Assembly (NCBI GenBank): GCA_963749495.1
Contig: CAVVMW010000004.1
Coordinates: 736,001 to 800,000, forward strand
Direction: 5' to 3'
Length of the DNA: 64,000 nucleotides
Source: an uncultured bacterium
GTDB lineage: Bacteria; Verrucomicrobiota; Verrucomicrobiia; Limisphaerales; UBA8199
The number at the start of each line of letters is the position of its first letter. Position 1 is the stretch's first letter. Below are positions 51,786 through 63,026 of this stretch, in pieces. The translations under genes were made by a program, and so were the position numbers. The notes beneath the pieces are model-generated. The model worked only from the letters and a program-made list of their open reading frames with translations, searched no databases and was not told where the DNA came from.

Positions 51786-52136
51786 TCAGCCAGACTCAAC
51801 CATGGCGGCGATGGTGGAAATCGCGTTCCCTTCCAGCCGGTTGTTGACGAAGACAAAGTTGTCCGGCGTCTGGCCGACCATGCCCTCCAGATACCGCTGG
51901 CTGGGGAAGGTGTAGTAGGCGGCATCGACGCAGACCGTCTTGAAGACCTCCGCATATTCCGCCAGGCAGTCGCGCTTGAATCGGGTCTCGGCGAACTTGC
52001 CCCGGTATTCGTAGCGGCTGCGGTCGTAGAGTGTCCCGCACCAGCCCTCGTATTTCCATGAGGACGTGCCAACATAGACGCCCTGCGCCGCCAGAGCAGC
52101 AGCCTGCCGGGCCAGTTCTTGCCGGTCGAGGTTCAC
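51786..52136 (-). pseudogene. DUF72 gene with an internal deletion
   Basis: VGTSSWKYEGW..LAEYA..F.TV.VDAAYY.FP...TPDNF fused directly to the C-terminal VFVNNRLEGNA. Confidence 0.75.
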
Positions 52137-52654
52137 GGCTTCTTGAAATTCCTGAGCGCCGTCTCGATGGTCTTCAAGTCTTCCTTCGACATCTTGGGCG
52201 CTGCCTTTTTCATCATCTGGGCGAACCAGTCGATTTCCCCCGGCTCCCCAGGATAGCCGATGTTCTGTCCGTCGTGCTTGGAGTTTACGATGAGGGCACC
52301 CTTCGCGTCCAGGAACCCGGAGTATGGCAGACCCGCAGGACCACCGATGTCCTTGAGCAGGGCGTCGGCTCCCGGATTTTCCAAGCCTTTGTTCTTGTCG
52401 TTTTCCTGGACCACGAGCTTCACCGGGATGAAATACTTTTCAAAGACCGGCTTGATGTCGGGCCGGTCCAGAAACGCATCCAGGCGTTTGCACCAGCCGC
52501 ACCAGGAAGCGCCGAAATGGAGAAAAATGGCCTTCTGCTCAGCGGCTGCTCGCACCTTGGCCGGGGCCAGGACTTGATCGGCGGAGGGCGTATCGGCAGA
52601 CGCGAGAAAAGCGGCGAGCGAGAACACTGCAAGGGCAGGCACGATGGTTTTCAT
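52133..52654 (-). CDS. Exported thioredoxin-family protein
   Basis: Signal peptide; FGASWCGWC; GLPY. Confidence 0.88.
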   Translation of the reverse strand: MKTIVPALAVFSLAAFLASADTPSADQVLAPAKVRAAAEQKAIFLHFGASWCGWCKRLDAFLDRPDIKPVFEKYFIPVKLVVQENDKNKGLENPGADALLKDIGGPAGLPYSGFLDAKGALIVNSKHDGQNIGYPGEPGEIDWFAQMMKKAAPKMSKEDLKTIETALRNFKKP

Positions 52655-52780
52655 AACCGCCTTGTAGCCCAGGGCCGCTCCACGGTCAAGGGGCACTGGC
52701 CATTTTGCAGTGCGTTCCTTCATGGTGTCGGTGCGGCTCCAGGGTTGACCGCCCAGTGCGCCGTGCTTAAAGTGCCACGC

Positions 52781-53176
<396 letters not shown>

Positions 53177-53379
53177 CTGAAGGTGTGCGATCTTCCGGGC
53201 GGCAGTTGGTGTCGCGCAGGGCAGCAGCGCCCGGTTCTGGCCGACCGGCCTGGCCTTGCCGTTGTCGCCCATCTGTCGCCGGAGGTTGACGGCGCACTCG
53301 TCCGGCTGGCCGACCTGAATTTCCGCCGCTCTCTGGTCTGGGGTCGTTGGCCTCCTCTCTGGCCGGAGTAGTTAGTTTC

Positions 53380-53958
53380 ATGGGGCCAGACGAACTTTTT
53401 GAAATCCTGATTCAGAGCGATGGGCCGGTGAACATCGAAGCCTTAGTCGAGGCGAGCATCCACCTGCCGCGCCGTGGCAGCCTCTGGGTTGCCGCCTTCC
53501 GAGAGGAGACTGGACGCCAGGCTTGGCGGAGCACCGGACTGCGCGACCGGCAATCGGCGCTGGCCCTGGCCCAGGAGTGTGAGGCCGAGGCCAAGCGCAA
53601 GCGGGAGTCTCAACCTGCCGAGCCGCCCAAGCCAACAATACGTGTCGGGCCTGGCAGCGCCGAACGGGAGCTGGGTCTTCTCAGTCAGAAGGAGGTCGCT
53701 GCAATTATGCGCATTTCTGAACGGGCAGTCCGTGAAATCGAGCGGCAGCCCTTCAACAAACTTCGGCGTCACCCTGCTTTGAGGGACTTCTGGCGCGAAT
53801 GGACGGCAGGCGACATCAAAGAGGCGGACTCGGACGGTCCAGCAAACTGGGCGTTGAGCCGGGCCGAAATCGCCGCCCTTTACGCTTTGGCCTGGACGCC
53901 AGCGGAGCGCCATGTATTGAGGAAGCTGTTCGCTTTGACGCAGGCCACTGGGCCATAA
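53380..53958 (+). CDS. Hypothetical protein with an integrase-arm-like segment and a sigma-r4-like HTH
   Basis: GRQAWRSTGLRDRQSAL; LSQKEVAAIMRISERAVREIE. Confidence 0.55.
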   Translation: MGPDELFEILIQSDGPVNIEALVEASIHLPRRGSLWVAAFREETGRQAWRSTGLRDRQSALALAQECEAEAKRKRESQPAEPPKPTIRVGPGSAERELGLLSQKEVAAIMRISERAVREIERQPFNKLRRHPALRDFWREWTAGDIKEADSDGPANWALSRAEIAALYALAWTPAERHVLRKLFALTQATGP

Positions 53959-54136
53959 AACTCGACTGGCGGGCCGGATTAAGCGCGTTCTAACACCCCG
54001 GACAAGCGGACGGCGCAATCTGCACCAATTCCGGTTCGCTCCTGGTTTGTGTCAGGCTTGCGGCTTGTTGAGCACCGCGAAGCCCCGCGCAGGAGAGTGC
54101 GCAGAGCCAGCGCCCGAGTGGGCGCTGGCTATTTCG

Positions 54137-54433
54137 CTAGCCTGGAGCAGGTTGTTCATCAGCAGCACATTGACCATCGAAGTCTCGTCCACAACCAGCA
54201 TGTCGCGCCTCGTTGCGCGTGAACGGGCCTGAAGCCGGGTTGACCTCCGGGAGCCGGTGGATGGTCTTGGTCTCGACCCCGGTCGTCTCCGACCGGCGCT
54301 TGGCGGCGCGGCCCGTGGGGGCGCAGACCAGGCACCGACCTTTCTTGGCCCGGAGGATGAGCGGGATGGCCTTGAGCAGGGTGGCTGCCAGTGCGGCAGC
54401 CTGCCGGGCCAGACCTTGCCGGTCGAGATTCAC
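54137..54433 (-). pseudogene. Chimeric remnant: DUF72 5' end fused to a RecD2-like helicase fragment
   Basis: MNLDRQGLARQAAALAA (nearly identical to the start at 52136) then CAPTGRAAKR.SE.TG.E.KTIHRL. Confidence 0.7.
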
Positions 54434-54612
54434 GCCCCAATCTTAGCCTGTGGCCCTGAGATGGCCAGCGAACAGCGACTCAGAAATGCGCATCTTCAGG
54501 TCCCGGCGCCAATTCCTTCACCAGCGCCTGGAAGGGCGCGTATTTCATCGCGCTGGGTGATTGATTTGGACCTTGGTCTGCCGCCAACGCTCGCGTAAAG
54601 TCCGCCTGGACC

Positions 54613-54978
54613 ATGAAAACAAAATCAACCCGCCATGTCACTATCCAGCCCCGCATTCGAGTGTGGGTTGGTGACGATGTAGCCGTAGGGCCTGGAAAAG
54701 CTGAACTGCTCAAATTGGTCCAGATGACCGGCTCGATTACAGCGGCAGCCAAGCACATGGGCATGTCATACATGCGGGCTTGGACACTGATCCAGACGAT
54801 GAACCGATGCTTCAAACAACCGCTCCTGCTGGCGACACGCGGCGGGCAAAGGGGCGGCGGCACCGAATTGACTGAAACCGGCCTCAAGGTGCTGGAATGT
54901 TACCAGGAAATGGAGAAGGCCGGTTTGAACGCGATGGCGCGGCACTGGCGGCGGCTTCGGAACCTGGTGGGCAACTGA
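54613..54978 (+). CDS. modE: ModE-type transcriptional regulator (winged-helix domain only)
   Basis: GPGKAELL....TGSITAAAK.MGMSY.RAW.LI..MN..F..PL....RGG..GGG.ELTE.G. Confidence 0.85.
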   Translation: MKTKSTRHVTIQPRIRVWVGDDVAVGPGKAELLKLVQMTGSITAAAKHMGMSYMRAWTLIQTMNRCFKQPLLLATRGGQRGGGTELTETGLKVLECYQEMEKAGLNAMARHWRRLRNLVGN

Positions 54979-55042
54979 CATGAATGCGAGCGCCCTCGCG
55001 CTCGGCCAACTCGGCCCGCAAAGCGTCGCAGGCGTTCGTGAA

Positions 55043-55066
55043 CGTTATACTTGACAGAATATATCG
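55043..55066 (+). promoter_or_regulatory. ModE-box overlapping a TTGACA -35
   Basis: CGTTATAC-TTGACAGA-ATATATCG resembles CGTTATAT-N8-ATATAACG; lies next to modE. Confidence 0.7.
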
Positions 55067-55128
55067 AGTGGAGTATCGAGATCGCCAGTCATGGTCCACG
55101 CAAAGCGACAAACGAATCAAATCCCGTT

Positions 55129-56095
55129 ATGAATGTGATAAGGTCATCCTCCCATTTTAGCGCATTAAGCATGGCCGCAATTCCCGAGATTCTCGCAGAC
55201 AGTATCGCTTCCAGGCCGGGTGTGTTGACGGCGTTGCTGCTGTTGACCCCAGGGGCACCCGGTTGGGCTGAGGACACCAAGGCGACCGGCCAAGCCAGCC
55301 CATCTCCAGCCTGCCCTGTGGTGGGTTATTTCAGCGATTGGTTTGTGCGTGTGTCGAAGATTCAGGCGGAGCAGCCGCATTGGGTCGCGCCGCTGGTGAC
55401 GGTGACGCCTCGGCTGGAGGAGGAGCTTCGCTACGACCAGATGTGGGAGAATCTGCCTGGCGGGCATCGGTTGACCAGCTACGGCGGCGGGGGCGGCAAG
55501 GGGTTGGAGCTTATACCTGCCCAGAACGTGGAAATCATCGCTGGGGTTCCCTCCTGGCAGACGCAGGCCACTTCGCCGCGCAAGGACGGATGGACCGATG
55601 AGAGTTTCCTGCTCAAATACCGGCTGCTCTCTGCCAACGAGCAGGCGGGCAATTACATCGTGACGGCCTTCATGGGTTTAACCGTGCCGAACGGAAGCGA
55701 CAACACCACGTCGCATCACTTCGCCTACAGCCCAGCAATTGCATTTGGCAAGGGTTGGGGGGATTTTGATTTTCAAAGCACCCTGGGCGGGCACATCCAT
55801 ACCCGACAATGGGGCTGTGCGGACTGGAACCGGGACACCCCTTTTGTTCAACACGGCGGTCCAGTATCACGTAATGAAATATCTCTGGCCGGAAGTGGAG
55901 GCCAACTACACTTACTGGCCGAATGGCAAACATGACGGCCTAAACCAGCTTTTCATCACCCCCGGTCTGCTCATTGGCCGGATACCGCTGTTCTGGCGCT
56001 TGGGATTGACCATTGGCGTAGGCTGCCAGATCGCCGTGACGGACACCCCGCTCTACCATCAGAATTTTATTGTCACAGCGAGACTTCCATTTTGA
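55129..56095 (+). CDS. Putative outer-membrane beta-barrel/transporter; frameshift near 55790; start uncertain
   Basis: QPHWVAPLVTVTPRLEEELRYD; amphipathic strands; C-terminal Phe (TARLPF). Confidence 0.65.
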
Positions 56096-56102
56096 TCACA
56101 TG

Positions 56103-56612
56103 TCATGGGTGGCTTTTCAAGTGCTTCTGCTGACCGACCCGATACGCCTGCTCGATGAAGCCGCACAATTGCTCATCCAAATCCTCTGGCTTCTCAATTC
56201 TGAAGTGATGGACATGGTTGCTCCGCGATTTGGACAACGGTTCGTGACTGCCATACGTGTCCACCCGACGAAGCGTTTCGTCGAGCAGCTTCGCTTCTTG
56301 GGGCGTCGGCTGGCTCACGCCTGCCGCTTTGCGCAGCGCCGGGCGGGCCAGTGCATACGGGACGGTCATGTGGCACGAAACACACGAGGTATTTCCCTGG
56401 CCGGTTCGGAGCTTTCTTGCTTTCTCGAACCACAAATCCATCCGGTCATCCAGGTATTTTGCCGCCGCCTGCTGGTTCCAATCAGTTGGTTTATTCCGCA
56501 CAGTTGACGCCTGCGTTATCGGTTGGGACGGCACCGAATCGGCAGAGGCCGCGAGGGCCGACACGCAAACAGCAAAAAACGGCAGGGCGAGCATCGAGCC
56601 GCAGAGTTTCAT
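56103..56612 (-). pseudogene. Chimera: secreted prenyltransferase/cyclase-like N-terminus plus a DUF5655-like C-terminus
   Basis: AAAKYLDDR..W...CVSCH.TVPYALARPALR joined to HVHHFRI....DLDE.L..FI.QAY.VG.Q.HL. Confidence 0.5.
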
Positions 56613-56774
56613 GGTTTACCCTGTAGCCCCCGCGAGGCTGCCGGTCAAGGCGCTTCTCTTGAATGGAGCGGTGCCCCCCTGGACGACACATTCCGTGCCA
56701 TTGTTGCTGGAACCAGAGAATATATGTGATTAAAACTGCACAGTATTTGATTAAAAAATGTTAATAATTGTGCC

Positions 56775-57029
56775 ATGAGTAAGAATTGTCCATCCGAAGT
56801 TGCCGCGAACCGAAACGAAATCTCCCGCCTGGCTTTCCAGCTCTGGGAAAAAGCAGGCTGCCCGGAGGAGCGGGATTTGGAGTTCTGGCTGGCAGCGGAA
56901 ACGCAGCTTCTTGCATCCCAGAGGCCCGAGGCTGTAAAGGTGGAGACCGTGGCGGCCAAGCTGTCCTCTGCAAAAAGAGTGCCACTGGCCCAATCCAACA
57001 CCGCACGACAACCGGCGCGGCGCATTTGA
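56775..57029 (+). CDS. DUF2934 domain protein
   Basis: EISRLAFQLWEKAGCPEERDLEFWLAAE. Confidence 0.8.
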   Translation: MSKNCPSEVAANRNEISRLAFQLWEKAGCPEERDLEFWLAAETQLLASQRPEAVKVETVAAKLSSAKRVPLAQSNTARQPARRI

Positions 57030-57259
57030 TCTGATGAACGCGTTAATTGCCGACCCAGCCGAACTGGAACTCATGCCTGATGCGGCGAAGGCGTCCGAGG
57101 CCGTGATGGCGGAACTGAACTCGGCTTCCATCTTGCAAGCGATGCAGTTCCGTGAGTCAACCCTCACGCCCGTCATCGAGAGACTTTTTGACTTCCGGCC
57201 CACCTCTCATTGGGGAATCAACGAGTGAGCGGTCCAGATTGGCGGAATCGCCGTGCTTA

Positions 57260-57419
57260 GGCGGTGGAAATAAATAAAGGTAGCAACCTGCCTTGTTCTT
57301 TTGCCGCCCAGCTTCGTTTTTCACTCGTTGCAGATCGCTGCGGATATGCGCCTCGTTCACGCCTCGCTGGGCGCCAAAATCCCGGCGGCATCTTGCCACC
57401 TTTATTTATTTCCACCGCC
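57260..57419. mobile_element. 160-bp MITE with TTA target duplication
   Basis: 33-bp TIR GGCGGTGGAAATAAATAAAGGT(A/G)GCAA..TGCC; TTA at 57257-57259 and 57420-57422. Confidence 0.88.
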
Positions 57420-57603
57420 TTATCGCCTCCGGCAGCGTGTGCTGGCCGCGTGGGCGAGGGGTGGCAGGTCGTCGCCGCCGATGTCCTGGGAGCCGGCCGG
57501 GGGGACCTCGCCGGGCAACGGCCCGACCAGGTGCCCCCGCCCCAGCGTTGTTAGGCGAATGGTTTTCAATCAGCGGTTCCAGCGGGCATCTTCTGCCGTA
57601 GCC

Positions 57604-59088
57604 ATGAAACATCGGTGCTTCTTTCCAACTGCCGCATTCGTCCTGTGCTTGCATTTGTGGGGAATGACCTTCGGCAGGGCCGCTGCGGCGGGAGCAGCCG
57701 TAGCCAACCCGCCGGTCATGGACATCGGTTCGCGGCTGGAACTGTTCGTGGATGACCTGCTGGTTGACCGGCTCAAAGGGGCGACCCTGAAACTGCACGA
57801 ACCACAGCCCGCAGGGGTGGTCCTGCGCTTTGACGCCCCCTGGGAGGGAGCCTTTTGCGGCTATGTCACGGTGCTCCGGGATACGAAGCGGTTCCTGATG
57901 TACTATCGCGGGCTGCCGGTAGCTGGGGCGGATGGCTCGACCAACGAAGTCACCTGTTATGCCGAGAGCGCCGATGGCCTGGCCTGGACCAAGCCCAAGC
58001 TCGGCTTGTTTGAAGCAGGCGGGAGCATGGACAACAACGTCGTGCTGGCTGGCCAGCCGCCCTTCTCCCACAACTTTGCTCCGTTTCTCGACGCCCGGCC
58101 CGGCGTGCCATCCGAAGAACGATTCAAGGCGCTGGCCGGGACCTCGACTTCCGGCCTGCACGTGTTCGCTTCCGGGGATGGCCTGCGCTGGCGGCACTGG
58201 CGCGAGGGGCCGATCCTTACTGAAGGTGCCTTTGATTCGCAAAACGTCGCCTTCTGGTCGGAGGCGGAACACTGCTACGCCGCGTATTTCCGCACCTGGA
58301 CTGGCGGGGGCTTCGCAGGCTATCGCACCATCAGCCGGGCGACCTCGACCAACTTGGTCCACTGGTCCGCCCCGGTGGAGATGAGTTTTGGCGACACCCC
58401 GCGCGAGCATCTCTACACCAGCCAGACCCACCCCTATTTTCGCGCCCCGCACATTTACCTGGCCACGCCCATGCGCTTTGTGCCGGGCCGAAAAGTGCTC
58501 AGCAGCGAGCAGGCACGGGCGCTGGGCGTGGAACCCGGCTATGCGAGCGATGCCGCCGACGCCGTGCTCATGGCCACACGCGGGGGCAACCACTACACCC
58601 GGCTGTTTATGGAGGCGCTCATCCGTCCGGGCAACGACTTGGGCAATTGGGCCTCGCGGGCGGGGTTGACCGCCCTGGGAATCGTGCCCACGGGACCAGC
58701 AGAAATCTCCTTATATAAACAGGCCCACTACGCTCAGGCTTCGGCTCACTTGGTTCGCTACACTCTCCGCGCGGATGGCTTCATATCGGTGAATGCCCCT
58801 TACGTGGGAGGCGAATTGGTCACCAAACCGCTGGTCTTCCAAGGCCGTCAACTCGCCATCAACTTCGCAACGAGCGCGGCGGGGGGCCTGCGGGTGGAGC
58901 TGCAAGATACTGAAGGCAAACCGCTGCCCGGCTTTGGGCTGGAGGATGCCGTTGAGCAGATCGGCGACGACATCGAACGCATCGTAGCCTGGAAAACCGG
59001 CTCCAATGTCAGCCAGTTGAGCGGGAAACCAGTGTGCCTGCGCTTCGTGATGAAAGATGCAGACCTTTTCTCGCTGCAATTTCGCTGA
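57604..59088 (+). CDS. Secreted beta-propeller glycoside-hydrolase-like protein
   Basis: Signal peptide; RLELFVDD, CYAESADGLAWTKP, FDSQN, LRADGF.SV. Confidence 0.7.
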   Translation: MKHRCFFPTAAFVLCLHLWGMTFGRAAAAGAAVANPPVMDIGSRLELFVDDLLVDRLKGATLKLHEPQPAGVVLRFDAPWEGAFCGYVTVLRDTKRFLMYYRGLPVAGADGSTNEVTCYAESADGLAWTKPKLGLFEAGGSMDNNVVLAGQPPFSHNFAPFLDARPGVPSEERFKALAGTSTSGLHVFASGDGLRWRHWREGPILTEGAFDSQNVAFWSEAEHCYAAYFRTWTGGGFAGYRTISRATSTNLVHWSAPVEMSFGDTPREHLYTSQTHPYFRAPHIYLATPMRFVPGRKVLSSEQARALGVEPGYASDAADAVLMATRGGNHYTRLFMEALIRPGNDLGNWASRAGLTALGIVPTGPAEISLYKQAHYAQASAHLVRYTLRADGFISVNAPYVGGELVTKPLVFQGRQLAINFATSAAGGLRVELQDTEGKPLPGFGLEDAVEQIGDDIERIVAWKTGSNVSQLSGKPVCLRFVMKDADLFSLQFR

Positions 59089-59139
59089 GGGCCGAGTCGA
59101 GCGCCGGCTCCAACAGGGACTCGGGTTCACTGGCAAGCG

Positions 59140-59330
59140 CGCCACGGGCGTTTTTACGCGCAACGAGGGCTGTCGCCGCCACGCTGGCCGAGACGGTCAA
59201 GGCCCGCATCCCACCAAGTTCCGATTCGACCCTATCCGCGACATCCCGGTGCTGTGCCCCATGAACCGGGGGTTGCCGGGCATCCGCGAACTGAGCGTGC
59301 GGCTCCAGAACGAACTCAACCCGGTCCGCG
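59140..59330 (+). pseudogene. RecD2-like helicase internal fragment
   Basis: RIP.KFRFDPIRDIPVLCPMNRG..G.REL...LQNELNP. Confidence 0.6.
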
Positions 59331-59428
59331 CCAACCGGGCCAGTTGCCGGCGGACACCGTGGCGGCAACGCACAGTTGCAGCGTGAGCAGGGTGAACTTT
59401 CTCATGCCAACCAATGACCAATATGGCG

Positions 59429-61321
59429 TCACGGCGACCCCACCAGGCGATACAGCCGGGGAGCCTGCCGAAAGGCGGTGACATCGAAGTAAAGTTGCGT
59501 CGTGTTCGTCAGCGTCACGGTGTCCAGCATCACCCAGGCGTTGGTCGGGCCGAACTCGTTAATGTAATCAATCTGCACAGAACTGCCAATCGCCCCGGTC
59601 AGCGGAATCTCCGTGGCCAGCCTCATGTCCAGCGCGGGCTGCGGCGCGCTGGTCTGCCACGAGCGGTAAAACCGTTGCGCGGGCAGCGGCTGGGAAAGGT
59701 CAAAGCACAATGGCGGTGCCGCGTTCAGGGCCACGTTCGTCAAGGAGAACCACTGCGGGGCGACCAGACTGTCGGCATACTCCAGGTGCGGAACACTGCC
59801 GGTGCCGCCCGGCAAATGGACGGCGGGGACGACTCGCCTGTTTACCGGAGGGATGACGCTCAGCAGCGCCGGGTCGCTGGTCACAGCCCCTACCCAGTTC
59901 CTGACGACCACCGTGTAAGCCCCGGCCTGGACGGGCTGGACGTTGGTCACGTCAATGTAAGCGTTGGTGGCGCTGGCGAGCGCGTTGTTGCCGTTAAAGC
60001 ACCATTGGTAAGTTGTTCCCGGCAGAGCGTTCGTGGCCTCCACCGAGAAGACGGCAAGTGACCCGAGTTCAGCGGTCTGGGTCTGGGGCGGCGTTGTTAT
60101 GGATGGCGGCATGGGCAGGCCCGCCAAACTAAAGACCAGGCCTTCACGCGAACTCCCGCCCTGGGACGCCGTCCCATAGAGCGTGCTGCCCGACAACACC
60201 AGGCCCCCCCCACGGACACGCCCCATCGTCGCCGGTGAAGCTCTTGAGCACCGCGTAGCCCGACCCGTCCGTGTTCACCTGGAAGACCACGCCATCACCC
60301 GAGCTGCTGCCGTTTGCCGTCGTCCCATAGAGCGTGCTGCCCGCCAAGACCAGGCCAGCAGCGGGATTACAGCCATCGCTGCCGGTAAAGCTCTTGAGCA
60401 CCGCGTAGCCTGACCCGTCCGTGTTCACCTTGAAGACCACGCCATCACCCGAAGGGCCTCCAACATACGAACTGCCGCCATAAAAGGTCGTCCCATAAAG
60501 CGTTCCGTCCGCCAAGACCACGCCCGCCCACGGACTCTGGGCATCGCTGCCGGCGAAGCTCTTGAGCACCGTGTAGCCCGACCCGTCCGTGTTCACCTTG
60601 AAGACCACGCCACCATTCGAACTGCCGCCCATAATCGTCGTCCCATAGAGCGTGCTGCCCGCCAAGACCAGGCCCGCACAGGGATACTGGCCATCGTTGC
60701 CGGTGCCGGTAAAGCTCTTGAGCACCGCGTAGCCCGTCCCATCCGTGTTCACCTTGAAGACGACGCCACCATGCGAGGCGCCGCCCTGCTCCGTCGTCCC
60801 ATAGAGCGTGCTGCCCGCCAAGACCAAGCCCGCATACGGGAACCCGCCATCGCTGCTGCCGTTGAAGCTCTTGAGCACCGCGTAGCCCGAGCCGTCCGTG
60901 TTCACCTTGAAGACCACCCCTAACCCGAACTGCCCCCATCAGCCGTCGTCCCATAGAGTGTGCTGCCCGCCAGGACCAGGCCCGCCCACGGATTCTGGCC
61001 ATCGCTGCCGGCGAAGCTCTTGAGCACCGCGTAACCCGTCCCGTCCGTGTTCACCTTGAAGACGACGCCACCATCCGAGGCGCCGCCCTGCTCCGTCGTC
61101 CCATAGAGCGTGCTGCCCGCCAAGACCAGGCCCGCCCACGGAGCGTCCCCATCGCTGCCGGTGAAGCTCTTGAGCACCGTATAGGTTTGGGCGAACGCAA
61201 CGTTGCACAGCGTCAGAGCCAACACCATCCCCAGCCGGAGTATCTGCGGCCTGCGGCCAACCCTTTCCCGGTCCTTCTTTTCACTTCCCAAAAACGTTCT
61301 GAGTTCACTCCTTGAGTTCAT
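59429..61321 (-). CDS. Secreted tandem-repeat (GloVer-like beta-propeller) protein with an Ig domain; frameshifts near 60921 and 60207
   Basis: Seven ~50-aa repeats VLKSF.G.DG..P.AGLVLAGSTLYGTT..GG....GVVFKVNTDG; PPSITTPPQ Ig start. Confidence 0.85.
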
Positions 61322-61749
61322 AATCTGGTTAATCCTTGATAACTGTTCTGCCAGGGACGCGTTCCAACGCGTCCTTGAGTTTTCTCTGAGGAAGCGGGGC
61401 GCGGTGGAGCATGGCCGGATAGTACGCTCCTCGGCCTTGGCGTGCTTCCAGGGACTCGTTCCGCGATAGGCTCATGCACCGTATTAGTTACAGGCAAAAT
61501 GCGGATGCGGCGTCACTACACATCACGCAAAAACGCCCTCGGTCGGCCATGATGCCAATCAGCAGCGCCCAGGTTAACTCAAAACTGGGCAGCATCCGCC
61601 GAGCCGCCGGGCTTTCAGCCAGAACCGTGAGGCTCTCGATGCCGTCTCAAGTACGCGGTTCCACTGGGGCTGGAGAGCGACGGGTCGTCTGTCCCGAACC
61701 GACTTGCTCCATCCCCGTAACACGCGCACAATCGCCCGGTGTGCAAACG

Positions 61750-61873
61750 CGAAATAGACCATTTGAAAACCGACCCGGTCATGGCCGGGCTGATTGACCG
61801 CGTTGGCCCGGTCAAACTGCGCCCCCGCCATCTCCCGCCGTTCCAGTCGCTCACCCATCCCATCATCCATCAG
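61750..61873 (+). pseudogene. AlkA-like DNA glycosylase 5' fragment
   Basis: HLKTDPVMAGLIDRVGP....PFQSL...IIHQ. Confidence 0.55.
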
Positions 61874-61877
61874 ATTT

Positions 61878-62519
61878 ATGAGTTCCCTGGAAAAGCAAAC
61901 GCAACCGCGCTGGCTGAATTGGACGATGAGGTTGCAGGCCATCGCGCAAAATGGCCTCACCTACGCTGCCAACGCCTACGACACTGAACGGTACAACGCC
62001 GTCCGGCAGATCGCAGCCGAGATGCTCGCCGCCGGTTCAAGCGCCGAGGTCTCGGTTGTTTGCGGCCTGCTGTCGCACGAGACGGGGTACGCGACTCCCA
62101 AAGTGGACGTGCGAGGCGTTGTCTTCCGCGACGAAAAGTTACTCCTGGTGCGCGAGCATGAGGAGGGCCGCTGGTCCCTGCCTGGCGGATGGGCCGATGT
62201 GGGAGAGTCGCCTGCCGGATGCGTCGTGCGCGAAGTCCGTGAGGAGAGCGGCTTCGAGACCCGTGCTGTCAAGCTGCTGGCGGTGTTTGACCGCGGCAAG
62301 CACCCTCACCAGCCACCGTTTGCGTCCCACGTGTACAAGCTTTTTTTCCTGTGCCACATCCTGGGTGGCGAGGCCAAAGCGAGTCCAGAGACCGACGCGG
62401 TGGGCTTTTTTGGCGAGGCGGAGATTCCTGAGCTTTCAAGAACTCGGGTTACACCCTGGCAAATCCAGCGATGCTTCGAGCACTTTCGGAATCCGAATCT
62501 GCCTGCTGATTTCGATTGA
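61878..62519 (+). CDS. NUDIX hydrolase with a Nudix_N domain
   Basis: LQAIAQNGLTY, GYATPKVDVRG, WSLPGGWADVGESP..CVVREVREESG. Confidence 0.92.
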   Translation: MSSLEKQTQPRWLNWTMRLQAIAQNGLTYAANAYDTERYNAVRQIAAEMLAAGSSAEVSVVCGLLSHETGYATPKVDVRGVVFRDEKLLLVREHEEGRWSLPGGWADVGESPAGCVVREVREESGFETRAVKLLAVFDRGKHPHQPPFASHVYKLFFLCHILGGEAKASPETDAVGFFGEAEIPELSRTRVTPWQIQRCFEHFRNPNLPADFD

Positions 62520-62728
62520 TCCTCACGGGACGTGCGGGCGAGGTCTATCGCGACATTGGGTCCCTGGCTTTACAGGGGGTCCGCGGTTGTTGAACCAATC
62601 TCGAAGGCGCCTTGGCAGCCTTGGAAAAAGTGGCAAATTTAATGTTGACAGCGAAGCATATACTGAGATAAAGTCAAATCACTGGCTGGCGCCAGCGCCT
62701 GCCAGCAAAGTGGTTGCATCAAACCACC

Positions 62729-62759
62729 CTGCCGCCGGGGTTCCCGGCGGCACTTTTTA
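62729..62759 (+). terminator. Rho-independent terminator
   Basis: TGCCGCCGGGGTTCCCGGCGGCA stem followed by CTTTTT. Confidence 0.65.
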
Positions 62760-63026
62760 TGTCCCTGTTTCGCCGTAAGACGAAGTTGTCCCGGCCCGAG
62801 CACCACTGCTTTGGCCAGCGCCATGATGGTGGGGTTTGTAAACGAACTGCTGGCGTGAGGCGAGCCGGAACCAGTTTGTCATCGCAGAAACCCCTGTCGT
62901 GGTTACAATCGGAGGCATGGGCAACGACCTGATTTTTTGCCAGCTCAGCCGAAGCAAGGTCGAGCGGGCGGACTTCCGCCGTTTCTTCGACCTTTGCGGG
63001 CCAGAACCAACCACCGAAAGCGTTTG

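Noticed and set aside
59429..61200. Regular ~150-165-bp repeats as a CRISPR array or DGR template/variable repeats
   Set aside because: They are in-frame protein repeats. There are no cas or reverse transcriptase genes and no adenine-specific variation was evident.
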